64,000 nucleotides of DNA, from NCBI GenBank assembly GCA_001465015.1, contig LNEO01000143.1:62864-126863 (forward strand), written 5' to 3'. The translations under genes were made by a program, and so were the position numbers. The notes below the pieces were generated by a model. The model did not search any database and was not told where the DNA came from. It saw only the letters and a program-made list of their open reading frames with translations. Source of the stretch: Deltaproteobacteria bacterium Ga0077539. GTDB taxonomy: Bacteria; Myxococcota_A; Polyangia; Polyangiales; Ga0077539. Positions 37,542 through 45,713 of this stretch are shown one piece after another. Numbering within the stretch: position 1 is the stretch's first letter; every line of letters begins with the position of its first letter.

Positions 37542-38890
37542 GGCGTGCCTCCGTCGTCGAACACGACGAGCGCAAATTCGCCTCGGTTGATCGCGGCGCG
37601 CGCCGTCACGCGCAGGCGTCGAGCGCGGTCGGCGCAAAACCACACGCGCGGTGTCGCGGTGCCCCCGGTGTCCGACGCGACGAGCGCGCCTCGCTCGTCC
37701 GAGAGCGCGAGCTCGACGGGCGTTCCTGCGGTTGCGACTCCCACCATCGCGCATTGGTGCTCGGCGAGCTCGAGCCGAAGGGTCAGGGGCGCGACGGTCG
37801 CGGCCACGCGCAGGAGCGTGTTGTTGTGGAAGAGCGATCGGCTCAGCGCTTCGCCGTGCAGCTCGAGCACGCCAGCGCGCACCTCGCCGACGATGTCTGG
37901 CGGCAGCGGCGCGCGTTCATCGAGCAGCAGCGATTGCAGCGCGAACCGCGCGCTGTGCCGGGTGCTGAGTCGCAGCTGGTAGGTTCCGCTGCGCACGACG
38001 CAGCCGCGAACGAGCGGATCGCGCTCGATCGTGCGGGGCGGTACCAGCGCGCGGCCGTCGGGATCGCGGAGCTCGAGCGTCAGCGGTTCGTTGTCAGCGT
38101 CGGTCGTGACGAGCACGCCGTAACAGCGACCCGCCTCGAGCTCGACGCGTTCGATCGTCGGAGAGCGGGCGTCGACTTCGCCCGTCACGGACTCGGTCAG
38201 CTGGCGGTAACCGAGCTGTGCGAGGCGGCTTCGGTGCCTCGCGAGCGCGTCGATCGCGAGCTCGACCGCCGGGTCTGCCCCGACCGCTGCGCGCGGCGTT
38301 CGCGGGCCGGTCAGGCTCCCGTCGCGCGCATCTCCCAACACACGCGCGAGATCGGGCGCGACCACGGGCGGCTGCGCGACCACGAGGAACACCAGCTGTC
38401 CTTGTCCCTCGATCGCACGCAACACGACCGAGAGGGACGTGTCGCCGCGGGTGCACAGGCGCAGGTACGGCGTGGCGTCATTGGCGTTTTCGCCCAGCAA
38501 AACGCCGGACGAATCGTGGACACGCAGCCCCACCTTTCGCAGCGCGCGCACCCCCACCGCGACGAACCCGAGGCACTGCGCGCGCCGCACGCGAACCGTG
38601 GAGATCCGCGCGTCGCCCGGAGGAACAAACGCGCTCCACTCAGTGTCGATCGCGCGACCTCCTCGCTCGCGAAACGCCTCGGCGACAGCGTCGACTCGAG
38701 TCCGCAGCGCCGCGGAAATGGGCTCGGCGTTGGCGAGGATGGCCGCTCGTCGGGGCGCGCCACCGCTCGACGCCTCGACCGGTAGCACCGATGGGGCGAC
38801 GCGATCTTCGCCTGTGACTTGCGCGGCGCGACACGCGACGAACGTGAGCGCCAGCAGGGCGAATGATCCGTGTGAGCGACGAAGAAACAC
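37538..38890 (-). CDS. Lipoprotein made of three tandem Cys-pair modules; paralogous to the downstream gene
   Basis: GTG start at 38890. The signal peptide ends FVAC. There are three repeats of the same module, for example CYGVLVTTDADNEPLTLELRDPDGRALVPPRTIERDPLVRGC. Confidence 0.55.
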   Translation of the reverse strand: MFLRRSHGSFALLALTFVACRAAQVTGEDRVAPSVLPVEASSGGAPRRAAILANAEPISAALRTRVDAVAEAFRERGGRAIDTEWSAFVPPGDARISTVRVRRAQCLGFVAVGVRALRKVGLRVHDSSGVLLGENANDATPYLRLCTRGDTSLSVVLRAIEGQGQLVFLVVAQPPVVAPDLARVLGDARDGSLTGPRTPRAAVGADPAVELAIDALARHRSRLAQLGYRQLTESVTGEVDARSPTIERVELEAGRCYGVLVTTDADNEPLTLELRDPDGRALVPPRTIERDPLVRGCVVRSGTYQLRLSTRHSARFALQSLLLDERAPLPPDIVGEVRAGVLELHGEALSRSLFHNNTLLRVAATVAPLTLRLELAEHQCAMVGVATAGTPVELALSDERGALVASDTGGTATPRVWFCADRARRLRVTARAAINRGEFALVVFDDGGTP

Positions 38891-39009
38891 CGGGGACGAA
38901 TACCGAAGCGCTTTCTACCCGCGCGCATCGCGCACGGTCAATCGAAGCGCACCCCGCGCCTCGCGTTGCTTGACCGATCAACGCTGGCAATGCTCGACTG
39001 CGCGGTGAA

Positions 39010-39906
39010 ATGCGCGGTGAGCGGATCGTTTCGATACTCGCGTTGGTCGTTTCGACGGCGACCGTCGGCGAGGTTCGAGCGCAGAATCGGCCCGATGGCG
39101 GCTCGGCAGACGCGGGTAGCGTTGGCGCTGGGGTCGTCGACGGCGGCGCCAGCGCGGGCCCCGCCGCCTTTCGTCCCGCGGCGGGCGGGGCCGATCCGCG
39201 ATTTGCAACGCTCCCGGAGTTGACGTTTCGCGCGATCAACACCCGTGAGACGGTTCGCGCGAGGCTCTATCGCGCGGACGGGACGGTGGATCCGCAGGTC
39301 GTCGACCGCCTCTCGCGGCTGCTGAGAGACGTTCCGACGGGCGAGAACTCTCCGGTGGTCGTCCGGACGATTCAGCTGCTCGTGAAGATCGCGACGCACT
39401 TCGACGCGCGCGAGATCGAAGTTGTTTCGGCGTATCGAACCGGGCGGACGGCGAGCGGACGGCGTGTGCGTCGCGAGGGCTACCACGGCGTCGGGAGCGC
39501 GATCGACTTTCGGATTCCCACCGTCGAACCAGCGCTCGTGGCCGCGTTTGCCCGGACGTTTGCGCACGTGGGCGTCGGCTTGTATCCGCGGCTGGGGTTT
39601 GTGCATCTCGATTCGCGAGAGCAGTCGTTCTTCTGGGTGAACCGCGCAGGACGCAGCCACCACGGCTCGGACCGTGCGCTCGTTCGAGACGGCGTCGCCG
39701 ACCGCGAGCGCGCGTGGAGCGCGGAGGCCGACCTGCCCTGGGATCCCGCGGGGGTGACGATCACCCTCGACACCCACCTGCGAACGATTCCAGGCGCGCG
39801 TCACAGCCGGCACCACCGCCGTCGCAGACACCATCGCTCTCATCGCCGCCGCCATCTGCCACTGCATGTTTTTGGCGGCGCTCGATCCGACGCGGCCGCT
39901 CGCTGA
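39010..39906 (+). CDS. Peptidase M15A / DUF882 (YcbK/MepK-like) secreted peptidoglycan peptidase
   Basis: Signal peptide, then EGYHGVGSAIDF (HxxGxAxD) and GFVHLD zinc-ligand motifs. The His/Arg-rich C-terminal tail is of doubtful reality. Confidence 0.7.
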   Translation: MRGERIVSILALVVSTATVGEVRAQNRPDGGSADAGSVGAGVVDGGASAGPAAFRPAAGGADPRFATLPELTFRAINTRETVRARLYRADGTVDPQVVDRLSRLLRDVPTGENSPVVVRTIQLLVKIATHFDAREIEVVSAYRTGRTASGRRVRREGYHGVGSAIDFRIPTVEPALVAAFARTFAHVGVGLYPRLGFVHLDSREQSFFWVNRAGRSHHGSDRALVRDGVADRERAWSAEADLPWDPAGVTITLDTHLRTIPGARHSRHHRRRRHHRSHRRRHLPLHVFGGARSDAAAR

Positions 39907-39945
39907 ACCGCGACTCGAGCGCTCGTCGAGCCGCTCGCCGTCGAT

Positions 39946-41742
39946 TCAGAGCGGCGCCGCTGCGATCGATCCCTGGAGCACACGCCGCGCCGAAGGAAAC
40001 TCGCTCAGGTGAGCGCCGATCGCCGAGGACGCCTCGTTGAGCTCCTCGAAGATCGACGCGTTTTGCGCGCCAAACTCGCCGACGCGATCGCGGAGCGCGC
40101 CGATCTCGTGCTCGACCTCAGCGTTGAGCGCGCCGAGCCTTCCCTTGAGCTGGCTGACTTGAAAGCGAAGATCCTCGGCCCCTGCCGTGCGCGACTCTCG
40201 AAGCGAGTGGCACTCGGTGAGCTCGAGCTGCGCCTGACGCCACGCCGTCGCGCGGCGCGCCGCGGTCTCGACGGACTGGGCGGCCTCGACGGACGTCAAC
40301 GCGCCGTCGCCGACCATGCGCCGCGCGTCGTCCCAAGCCATCTTGAATTCTTGTGCGCTCTGTTCAGCGCGGTGCACCGCGCGATCGAGCCGGCGATTGA
40401 CCTCTTCGAGCTGGCGCTTGAGGGCGCTCTCGTCCCGAGACAGCTCGTCGAGCGCCCGGCCGATACGATCGCGCGCCCCGCTCGCGTCCGTCTCTCGCTC
40501 GGCGAGCTGCCGACCGAGCCGTTCGAGCTCGGACTCGATTCGTACGGCGCGATCGACGAGCGACTCGAATCGACCAAACTGGTTGGTGAGCCACTCGGGC
40601 GCGTCCTTTCGCGGGTACGCCAGCGCGATGGCTTCGCGAAACACCGTTCGACGCTCGACCCAATGCCGCGTACCAGCGGCCACTGCCGTCGGGTGCTCGG
40701 CTGCCTTCGGGCTCGAGTGTTGCTCGCCCGATCGCTCGTGCTCGATGCGAGCGAGGGCCTCGACGAACGCCTCCGCAGGGAGCGTGAGCGAGACCTGCGG
40801 TGTCGGCGAAGAGTTCGGCTCGGCGAAGAGCGCGAGCAGCGCCTGAAGCTCCTCGAGCAGGTGGTAGGCGTCTCGGTGGCGCTGCGCTGGATCCTTCGAC
40901 AGCAGCTTGGCGACCACGGCGTCGATTTCTGGTGGAATGCTCGGCACGTACTGCGACGGCGCGGGCGGCGTCGCCCGCAGGTGCTTCACGATCAGCTCTG
41001 CTGTCGAGCCCTCGAACGGCAGGCGCGTCGTGAGCATCTCGAACATCACCACGCCCAGCGCGTACAGGTCCGCTGCGGGACCGACGTTCGGCGCGCCACG
41101 CGCTTGTTCGGGTGAGAGGTACTCGGGCGTTCCGAAGACCGAGCCCGCGACGGTGAGACGCATCTCGTCGTTGACGCGAGCGAGCCCGAAATCGAGCAGC
41201 TTTGCGTGGGTCTTTCCGTCGCGCTGCGTGAGAAAGATGTTCTCTGGCTTCAGGTCGCGGTGGATCACCTCGAGCTCGTGCGCTCGAGCGAGGGCCCGGC
41301 AGACCTGCATGAGCAGCTCGAGCACCTCGCGCGGCGGCATCGGGCCGCGGGCGATCTTGTGATTGAGCGGCTCGCCTTCGAGCAGCTCCATCACGAGATA
41401 GACGAGCTTGCCCTCGTGTCCGTAGTCCGTGATGTCGACGATGTGCTCGTGCCGGATTCGGTTCGTCGCCCGGGCTTCCCGCAAGAATCGCTGGCGCTGC
41501 GTCTCATCGGACGCCAGGTCCGGCGCCAGAAACTTGATCGCGACCTTGCGTCCGAGCACGTCGTTCGACGCCCGATACACCGACGCCATTCCCCCGGCCC
41601 CGATCTTCGATTCGACGCGATATCGCCCGCCGATCGTTCGACCGATCAGCGGATCAGGCATGTCGACGAGCGGCGCTCCATCGACAGGACACGTCGTCGC
41701 GTGGCCCATCAATCGAAGACCGCACTGCGAGCAAACTTTCAC
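39946..41742 (-). CDS. Ser/Thr protein kinase with an N-terminal zinc-ribbon and a C-terminal coiled-coil region
   Basis: CSQCG...CPVDG; GAGGMASVYRA...VAIK; HRDLKPENIFL; DFGLA; GTPEYLSPE. The long C-terminus is heptad-like. I propose the start at GTG 41742. Confidence 0.85.
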   Translation of the reverse strand: MKVCSQCGLRLMGHATTCPVDGAPLVDMPDPLIGRTIGGRYRVESKIGAGGMASVYRASNDVLGRKVAIKFLAPDLASDETQRQRFLREARATNRIRHEHIVDITDYGHEGKLVYLVMELLEGEPLNHKIARGPMPPREVLELLMQVCRALARAHELEVIHRDLKPENIFLTQRDGKTHAKLLDFGLARVNDEMRLTVAGSVFGTPEYLSPEQARGAPNVGPAADLYALGVVMFEMLTTRLPFEGSTAELIVKHLRATPPAPSQYVPSIPPEIDAVVAKLLSKDPAQRHRDAYHLLEELQALLALFAEPNSSPTPQVSLTLPAEAFVEALARIEHERSGEQHSSPKAAEHPTAVAAGTRHWVERRTVFREAIALAYPRKDAPEWLTNQFGRFESLVDRAVRIESELERLGRQLAERETDASGARDRIGRALDELSRDESALKRQLEEVNRRLDRAVHRAEQSAQEFKMAWDDARRMVGDGALTSVEAAQSVETAARRATAWRQAQLELTECHSLRESRTAGAEDLRFQVSQLKGRLGALNAEVEHEIGALRDRVGEFGAQNASIFEELNEASSAIGAHLSEFPSARRVLQGSIAAAPL

Positions 41743-41831
41743 GGACCACCTCGGGTGCGCATCGCTTGAACGCGAGGGATCGTACGCCAACCGCCGCTCT
41801 CGGCGCAGCAATCCGCGGGATGCGTCATTGC

Positions 41832-41860
41832 TTGACAGGTCTTCCGGCGTTTTTCATAAG
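41832..41860 (+). promoter_or_regulatory. Sigma70-like promoter candidate: TTGACA, 17-nt spacer, CATAAG
   Basis: Perfect -35 hexamer, 17-nt spacer and a 4/6 -10 hexamer, 14 nt before the proposed GTG start of cysK at 41874. Confidence 0.3.
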
Positions 41861-41873
41861 CAACACCCTCCCC

Positions 41874-42824
41874 GTGGCGATCGTCGAGAACCTGCTCGAG
41901 CTGGTTGGAAGCACGAGCCTGCTCAAGTTGCGCACCGTGAGCGAGCGCGGCTGCGCTGAGCTTTGGGTCAAGCTCGAGCAGCAAAACCCTGGCGGAAGCG
42001 TAAAAGACCGGATCGCTCTGGCGATGCTCGATCGCGCCGAACGCGAGGGACGCCTCGCGAAAGGCGGCACGGTCATCGAGCCGACCAGCGGAAATACAGG
42101 CATCGGACTCGCCCTCGCATGTGCGGTCAAGGGCTACAAGCTGGTGCTCACGATGCCCGAGAGCATGAGCCTCGAGCGCCGCGCCCTCTTGAGCGCCTAC
42201 GGGGCCGAGCTGGTGCTGACGCCAGAGCAGCTGCAAATGGACGGGGCGATCGCCCGTGCAAACGAGCTCGCCGCCGAACGAGAAGGCGCTTTCGTGCCGT
42301 CGCAGTTTCGAAACACGGCCAACCCCGACTCTCACGAACAGCACACCGGACCCGAGATCGTCCGCGCTCTCGGCGGCGCCCCGGACGCCTTCGTCGCTGG
42401 CGTCGGAACGGGCGGAACGATCAGCGGCGTCGGTCGATTCTTTCGAGCCAGCGGATTCGCCACGCGCATGGTCGCGGTCGAGCCCGAGTCCTGCCCGACG
42501 CTGTCGCGCGGTGAGCGCGGACCGACCAAGATCCAGGGAATCGGCGCTGGTTTCGTCCCCGACAACCTCGATCGCTCGGTCGTGCACGAGGTGCGAACCG
42601 TGTCCGACGACCGCGCGTGGGAGACCAAGGTCCGCCTCGCTCGATCCGAAGGGCTGCTCGTCGGGATCTCCGCGGGAGCAAACGTCGCCGTCGCGTTGGA
42701 CGTCGCGCGCGACCTCGGTGAAGGAAAGCGCGTCGTCACCGTGCTCTGCGATACGGGCGAGCGCTACTTCTCGCTCGCGGCCCACTTCGATGCCGCCCTC
42801 GCGGATCGAGCTCCTTCGCGATGA
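41874..42824 (+). CDS. cysK: Cysteine synthase (O-acetylserine sulfhydrylase, CysK-like PLP enzyme)
   Basis: LLELVGSTSLLKL...KLEQQNPGGSVKDRIA...EPTSGNTGIGLA...GVGTGGTISG. The start is either GTG 41874 or ATG 41820. Confidence 0.85.
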   Translation: MAIVENLLELVGSTSLLKLRTVSERGCAELWVKLEQQNPGGSVKDRIALAMLDRAEREGRLAKGGTVIEPTSGNTGIGLALACAVKGYKLVLTMPESMSLERRALLSAYGAELVLTPEQLQMDGAIARANELAAEREGAFVPSQFRNTANPDSHEQHTGPEIVRALGGAPDAFVAGVGTGGTISGVGRFFRASGFATRMVAVEPESCPTLSRGERGPTKIQGIGAGFVPDNLDRSVVHEVRTVSDDRAWETKVRLARSEGLLVGISAGANVAVALDVARDLGEGKRVVTVLCDTGERYFSLAAHFDAALADRAPSR

Positions 42825-43537
42825 GCGCCAACGTCCTGCTCGTGGGCGTCGGGGGTATCGGTCATCCGTGCGCCCTCGCCCTCGCGACGCGGGAGGACAT
42901 CCGACTCACGCTGCTCGATGACGATCGCGTCGAGCGCACGAATCTCCACCGATTGCTCGCGTTCGACGAGCAGCACGTCGGTCGAACCAAGGCCGAAGCC
43001 CTCGCCGATCACGTCGAGCGATCGCTCGGCGCGCGCCGGCCCGAGGTGATCGTCGATCGCGCCTCGCCGGACACCGTGGCCGATTTGGTCGATCGCGCCG
43101 ACGTAGTCGTCGAAGGCAGCGACAATTTCGCGACGAAGTTCCTCGTGGCCGACGCCTGCGCCCTGGCGAACAAGCGGTCGGTGCACGGCTCCGCCGTTGG
43201 CTGGACCGGCACCGTTCTGTCCGTCGTTCCGTCGAAGAGCGCGTGCTACCGGTGCGTGTTCGAGGACGTTCCGGACGGCGAAGCTGTGGACTGCGCAACC
43301 GCAGGGGTATTCGCCGCCGTCACGTCGATGATCGGCGCTGTCATGGCCAGCCACGTCCGCTGGATGCTCCGACCCGACGCCGAACAGGAGGCGAAGCTGT
43401 CGCACTTCGACGCGACAACTGGCATGTTTCGGCACCGAACCATGAAGAGAAGACCGGACTGCGCGCTCTGTCGCGAGGCTCGCGTCATCACGGCGATCGA
43501 CGCGAGCCGGTATTCAGCGCCGCTCTGCTCGCACTAA
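42821..43537 (+). CDS. ThiF/MoeB-family E1-like adenylyltransferase; no rhodanese domain and no N-terminal RYxRQ segment
   Basis: VLLVGVGGIGHP (nucleotide loop), DDDRVERTNLHR, SDNFATKF, and two CxxC pairs (CYRC, CALC). The ATG overlaps the cysK stop (ATGA). Confidence 0.8.
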   Translation: MSANVLLVGVGGIGHPCALALATREDIRLTLLDDDRVERTNLHRLLAFDEQHVGRTKAEALADHVERSLGARRPEVIVDRASPDTVADLVDRADVVVEGSDNFATKFLVADACALANKRSVHGSAVGWTGTVLSVVPSKSACYRCVFEDVPDGEAVDCATAGVFAAVTSMIGAVMASHVRWMLRPDAEQEAKLSHFDATTGMFRHRTMKRRPDCALCREARVITAIDASRYSAPLCSH

Positions 43538-43555
43538 CCGGAGACCATTTCTTCC

Positions 43556-43831
43556 ATGACCATCTCGATCCGCATCCCTGCAAACCTCCGCACGCTGACC
43601 CAGGCGAAAGAAGAAGTCACCGTCGACGGCGCGACCGTTCGCGCAGCGCTCGCTGACCTCGACGCGAGGTATCCGGGCTTCAACGACCGCCTGCTCGACG
43701 CCAAGGGACTGAAGCGCTTCATGAACGTCTACCTCGGCGACGAGGACATCCGCTTCCTCGACGGGCTCGACACGCCGGTCAAGGACGGAGACTCGCTCAC
43801 GATCGTCCCCGCGATCGCTGGCGGCCGTTGA
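43556..43831 (+). CDS. ThiS/MoaD/CysO-type ubiquitin-fold sulfur-carrier protein ending ...AIAGGR
   Basis: 91 aa with a beta-grasp-like pattern (VTVDGATVRAALADL...VYLGDEDIRFLDGLDTPVKDGDSLTIVPAIAGG). One Arg follows the di-Gly. Confidence 0.75.
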   Translation: MTISIRIPANLRTLTQAKEEVTVDGATVRAALADLDARYPGFNDRLLDAKGLKRFMNVYLGDEDIRFLDGLDTPVKDGDSLTIVPAIAGGR

Positions 43832-43852
43832 AGCGAGGCGGCGTTCTCTCGC

Positions 43853-44224
43853 ATGGACTACGAGCGATACGGTCGGCAGATCGCGCTCGCTGAGCTCGGC
43901 GTCGACGGGCAGGCGAAGCTCGCCTCGCGTGCCGTTCGCTTCGTCGGAGAGCCCGCCGTCGTCGAGCTCGCCCAACGCCTCTGGACCCACGCGGGCGGCG
44001 TGTTGCCAAACGCGAATGCAGCCCCGAACGACCCCGACTCGCGCGTCGTCGAGATCGCGGTTGAGCGAGTGTCCGCTGGCGATGCGCCGGCCGCCATGGC
44101 GTCGGCCTCGTGGGCCGCCCTCGCAGCGATGCGCGCGCTGCTCGGCTGGCCTGCGCACACGCCCTCGAAGGACCTCGCCGCGCTCTTTTCGGGAGATCGA
44201 CAAGAGGAGCACACCTCGCCATGA
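43853..44224 (+). CDS. Small ORF carrying the E1 N-terminal motif (YERYGRQIALAELGVDGQAKL) but no nucleotide-binding loop
   Basis: ATG at 43853. Its stop overlaps the cysM ATG (ATGA). The first 25 aa match the RYxRQ...G..GQ.KL start of ThiF/MoeB; the rest is unassignable. Confidence 0.4.
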   Translation: MDYERYGRQIALAELGVDGQAKLASRAVRFVGEPAVVELAQRLWTHAGGVLPNANAAPNDPDSRVVEIAVERVSAGDAPAAMASASWAALAAMRALLGWPAHTPSKDLAALFSGDRQEEHTSP

Positions 44225-45162
44225 CCGCTTTTGTTCGACCTGCGCGCCTCGACTCCATCGTCGACGCGATCGGCAACACACCCCTGCTCCGCCTGCGAAG
44301 CCTCGAGCCAGAAGGCGTGGAGATCTACGGCAAGCTCGAGTTCATGAACCCCGGCGGATCCGTGAAGGACCGCGCGGCGCGGCAGATCTTTCTGGACGCG
44401 ATCGCCCGAGGCGACCTGACCAAGGACAAGGTCCTCATCGACTCGACCTCGGGCAACACCGGCGTCGCGTACTCGCTCATGGGCGCGGCGCTCGGCTATC
44501 GCGTCGCGCTCGTCATGCCGAAGAACGTCTCGCAGGCGCGTAAGGACATCACGCGCGGCTTCGGGACCGAGCTCGTCTACTCCGATCCGCTCGAAGGATC
44601 AGACGGAGCCATTCGGCTGGTTCGCGAGATCGTCAGCAAAAATCCAGAGAAATACTACTACCCAGACCAGTACTCCAACGCCTCGAACTGGCGCGGTCAC
44701 TACCTCGGCACCGCGCCGGAGATCCTCGCGGACGTCGGCGATCGACTCACGCACTTCGTCACAGGTCTGGGAACCTCGGGGACGATGATGGGGGTCACTC
44801 GAAGGCTGAAAGAGCACTCGCGTCCGATCACGTGCTTCGCCATGGAGCCAGCGGAGGCCGCGCACGGGCTCGAGGGTCTCAAGCACATGGACAGCTCGAT
44901 CGTTCCGCCGATCTATGATCGCTCGATCCACGATGGAACGGTGACGGTCGACACCGACGCCGGTTGGGACATGTCCGATCGACTCGTCGCCGAGCTCGGA
45001 CTGCACGTCGGTCACTCCGCGGGAGCCAACGTGTTCGCCGCCTGGCGGCTCGCAAAGGAGCTGCACGCGCGCGGCGAACGGGGCTGCGTCGTGACCATCC
45101 TGTGCGATCGCGGAGATCGCTATTTCGCGCCCATGAAATGGGAGAAGCAGTACCGCTGGTAG
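44221..45162 (+). CDS. cysM: CysM-like cysteine synthase (sulfur-carrier-dependent type, judged by gene context)
   Basis: IGNTPLLRL...KLEFMNPGGSVKDRAA...DSTSGNTGVAYS...GLGTSGTMMG...SAGANV. Confidence 0.85.
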   Translation: MTAFVRPARLDSIVDAIGNTPLLRLRSLEPEGVEIYGKLEFMNPGGSVKDRAARQIFLDAIARGDLTKDKVLIDSTSGNTGVAYSLMGAALGYRVALVMPKNVSQARKDITRGFGTELVYSDPLEGSDGAIRLVREIVSKNPEKYYYPDQYSNASNWRGHYLGTAPEILADVGDRLTHFVTGLGTSGTMMGVTRRLKEHSRPITCFAMEPAEAAHGLEGLKHMDSSIVPPIYDRSIHDGTVTVDTDAGWDMSDRLVAELGLHVGHSAGANVFAAWRLAKELHARGERGCVVTILCDRGDRYFAPMKWEKQYRW

Positions 45163-45186
45163 CCTCGCAAACAAGGAGCTCAGTCG

Positions 45187-45678
45187 ATGAACGAACACCC
45201 ATGGCTTGCTGACGCGCTCGAGATCGACCGAGCTGTCCTCGACGACGTCGACGCCCATTCGGTCGCCGAATACCCCAACGAATCGTGCGGCTTTCTCGTG
45301 GGTCCCGCGTCGACGCCGGCCGTGATCGACCAGTCGATTCGCGCCGTCAACCTCGCAGACAAGTATCACAAGGCCGACCCCGAGACCTTTCCTCGCACCG
45401 CGCGCGAGTACTACACGATCGACGCGCGCGTGATTCAGCGCACGTTCGAAGCCGGCGTTCGAGACGCGCGGCCTGTGAAGCTCATCTACCACTCGCACTG
45501 CGACTGCGGCGCGTACTTCTCGAAGACCGATCAAGACGCGGCCGCGCCCGACGGACAGCTCGCGTACCCGGTCGCGTTTCTCGTCACCAGCGTCCTCGAA
45601 GGAAAGGTCGCCGACCGAAAGGTCTTCACCCTGCGCGACGGACGTTGGGACGAGCTGCCGTTTACCGTTCGCGGCTGA
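45187..45678 (+). CDS. JAMM/MPN+ metalloprotease (Mec+-like)
   Basis: EYPNESCGFLVG (E-x-x-G) and IYHSHCDCGAYFSKTD (HxH-x7-S-x2-D) form the complete JAMM motif. Confidence 0.8.
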   Translation: MNEHPWLADALEIDRAVLDDVDAHSVAEYPNESCGFLVGPASTPAVIDQSIRAVNLADKYHKADPETFPRTAREYYTIDARVIQRTFEAGVRDARPVKLIYHSHCDCGAYFSKTDQDAAAPDGQLAYPVAFLVTSVLEGKVADRKVFTLRDGRWDELPFTVRG

Positions 45679-45713
45679 GCGCGAGCGCCCTTCACGCGAT
45701 GGTCGCTGCGCTC

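Noticed and set aside
38938-39867. The 309-aa minus-strand ORF antisense to the M15A peptidase gene.
   Set aside because: The plus-strand frame carries a signal peptide and the HxxGxAxD / VHLD zinc motifs of DUF882. The antisense frame has no motifs and an Arg-rich composition.
41874-45678. The Ubl/E1/JAMM cluster considered as a Bil-like or CBASS Cap2/Cap3-like anti-phage conjugation system.
   Set aside because: There is no E2-like domain, cyclase or effector. Two PLP cysteine synthases are embedded and translationally coupled, which fits the sulfur-carrier biosynthetic paradigm better. I kept it as a finding because of its atypical details.
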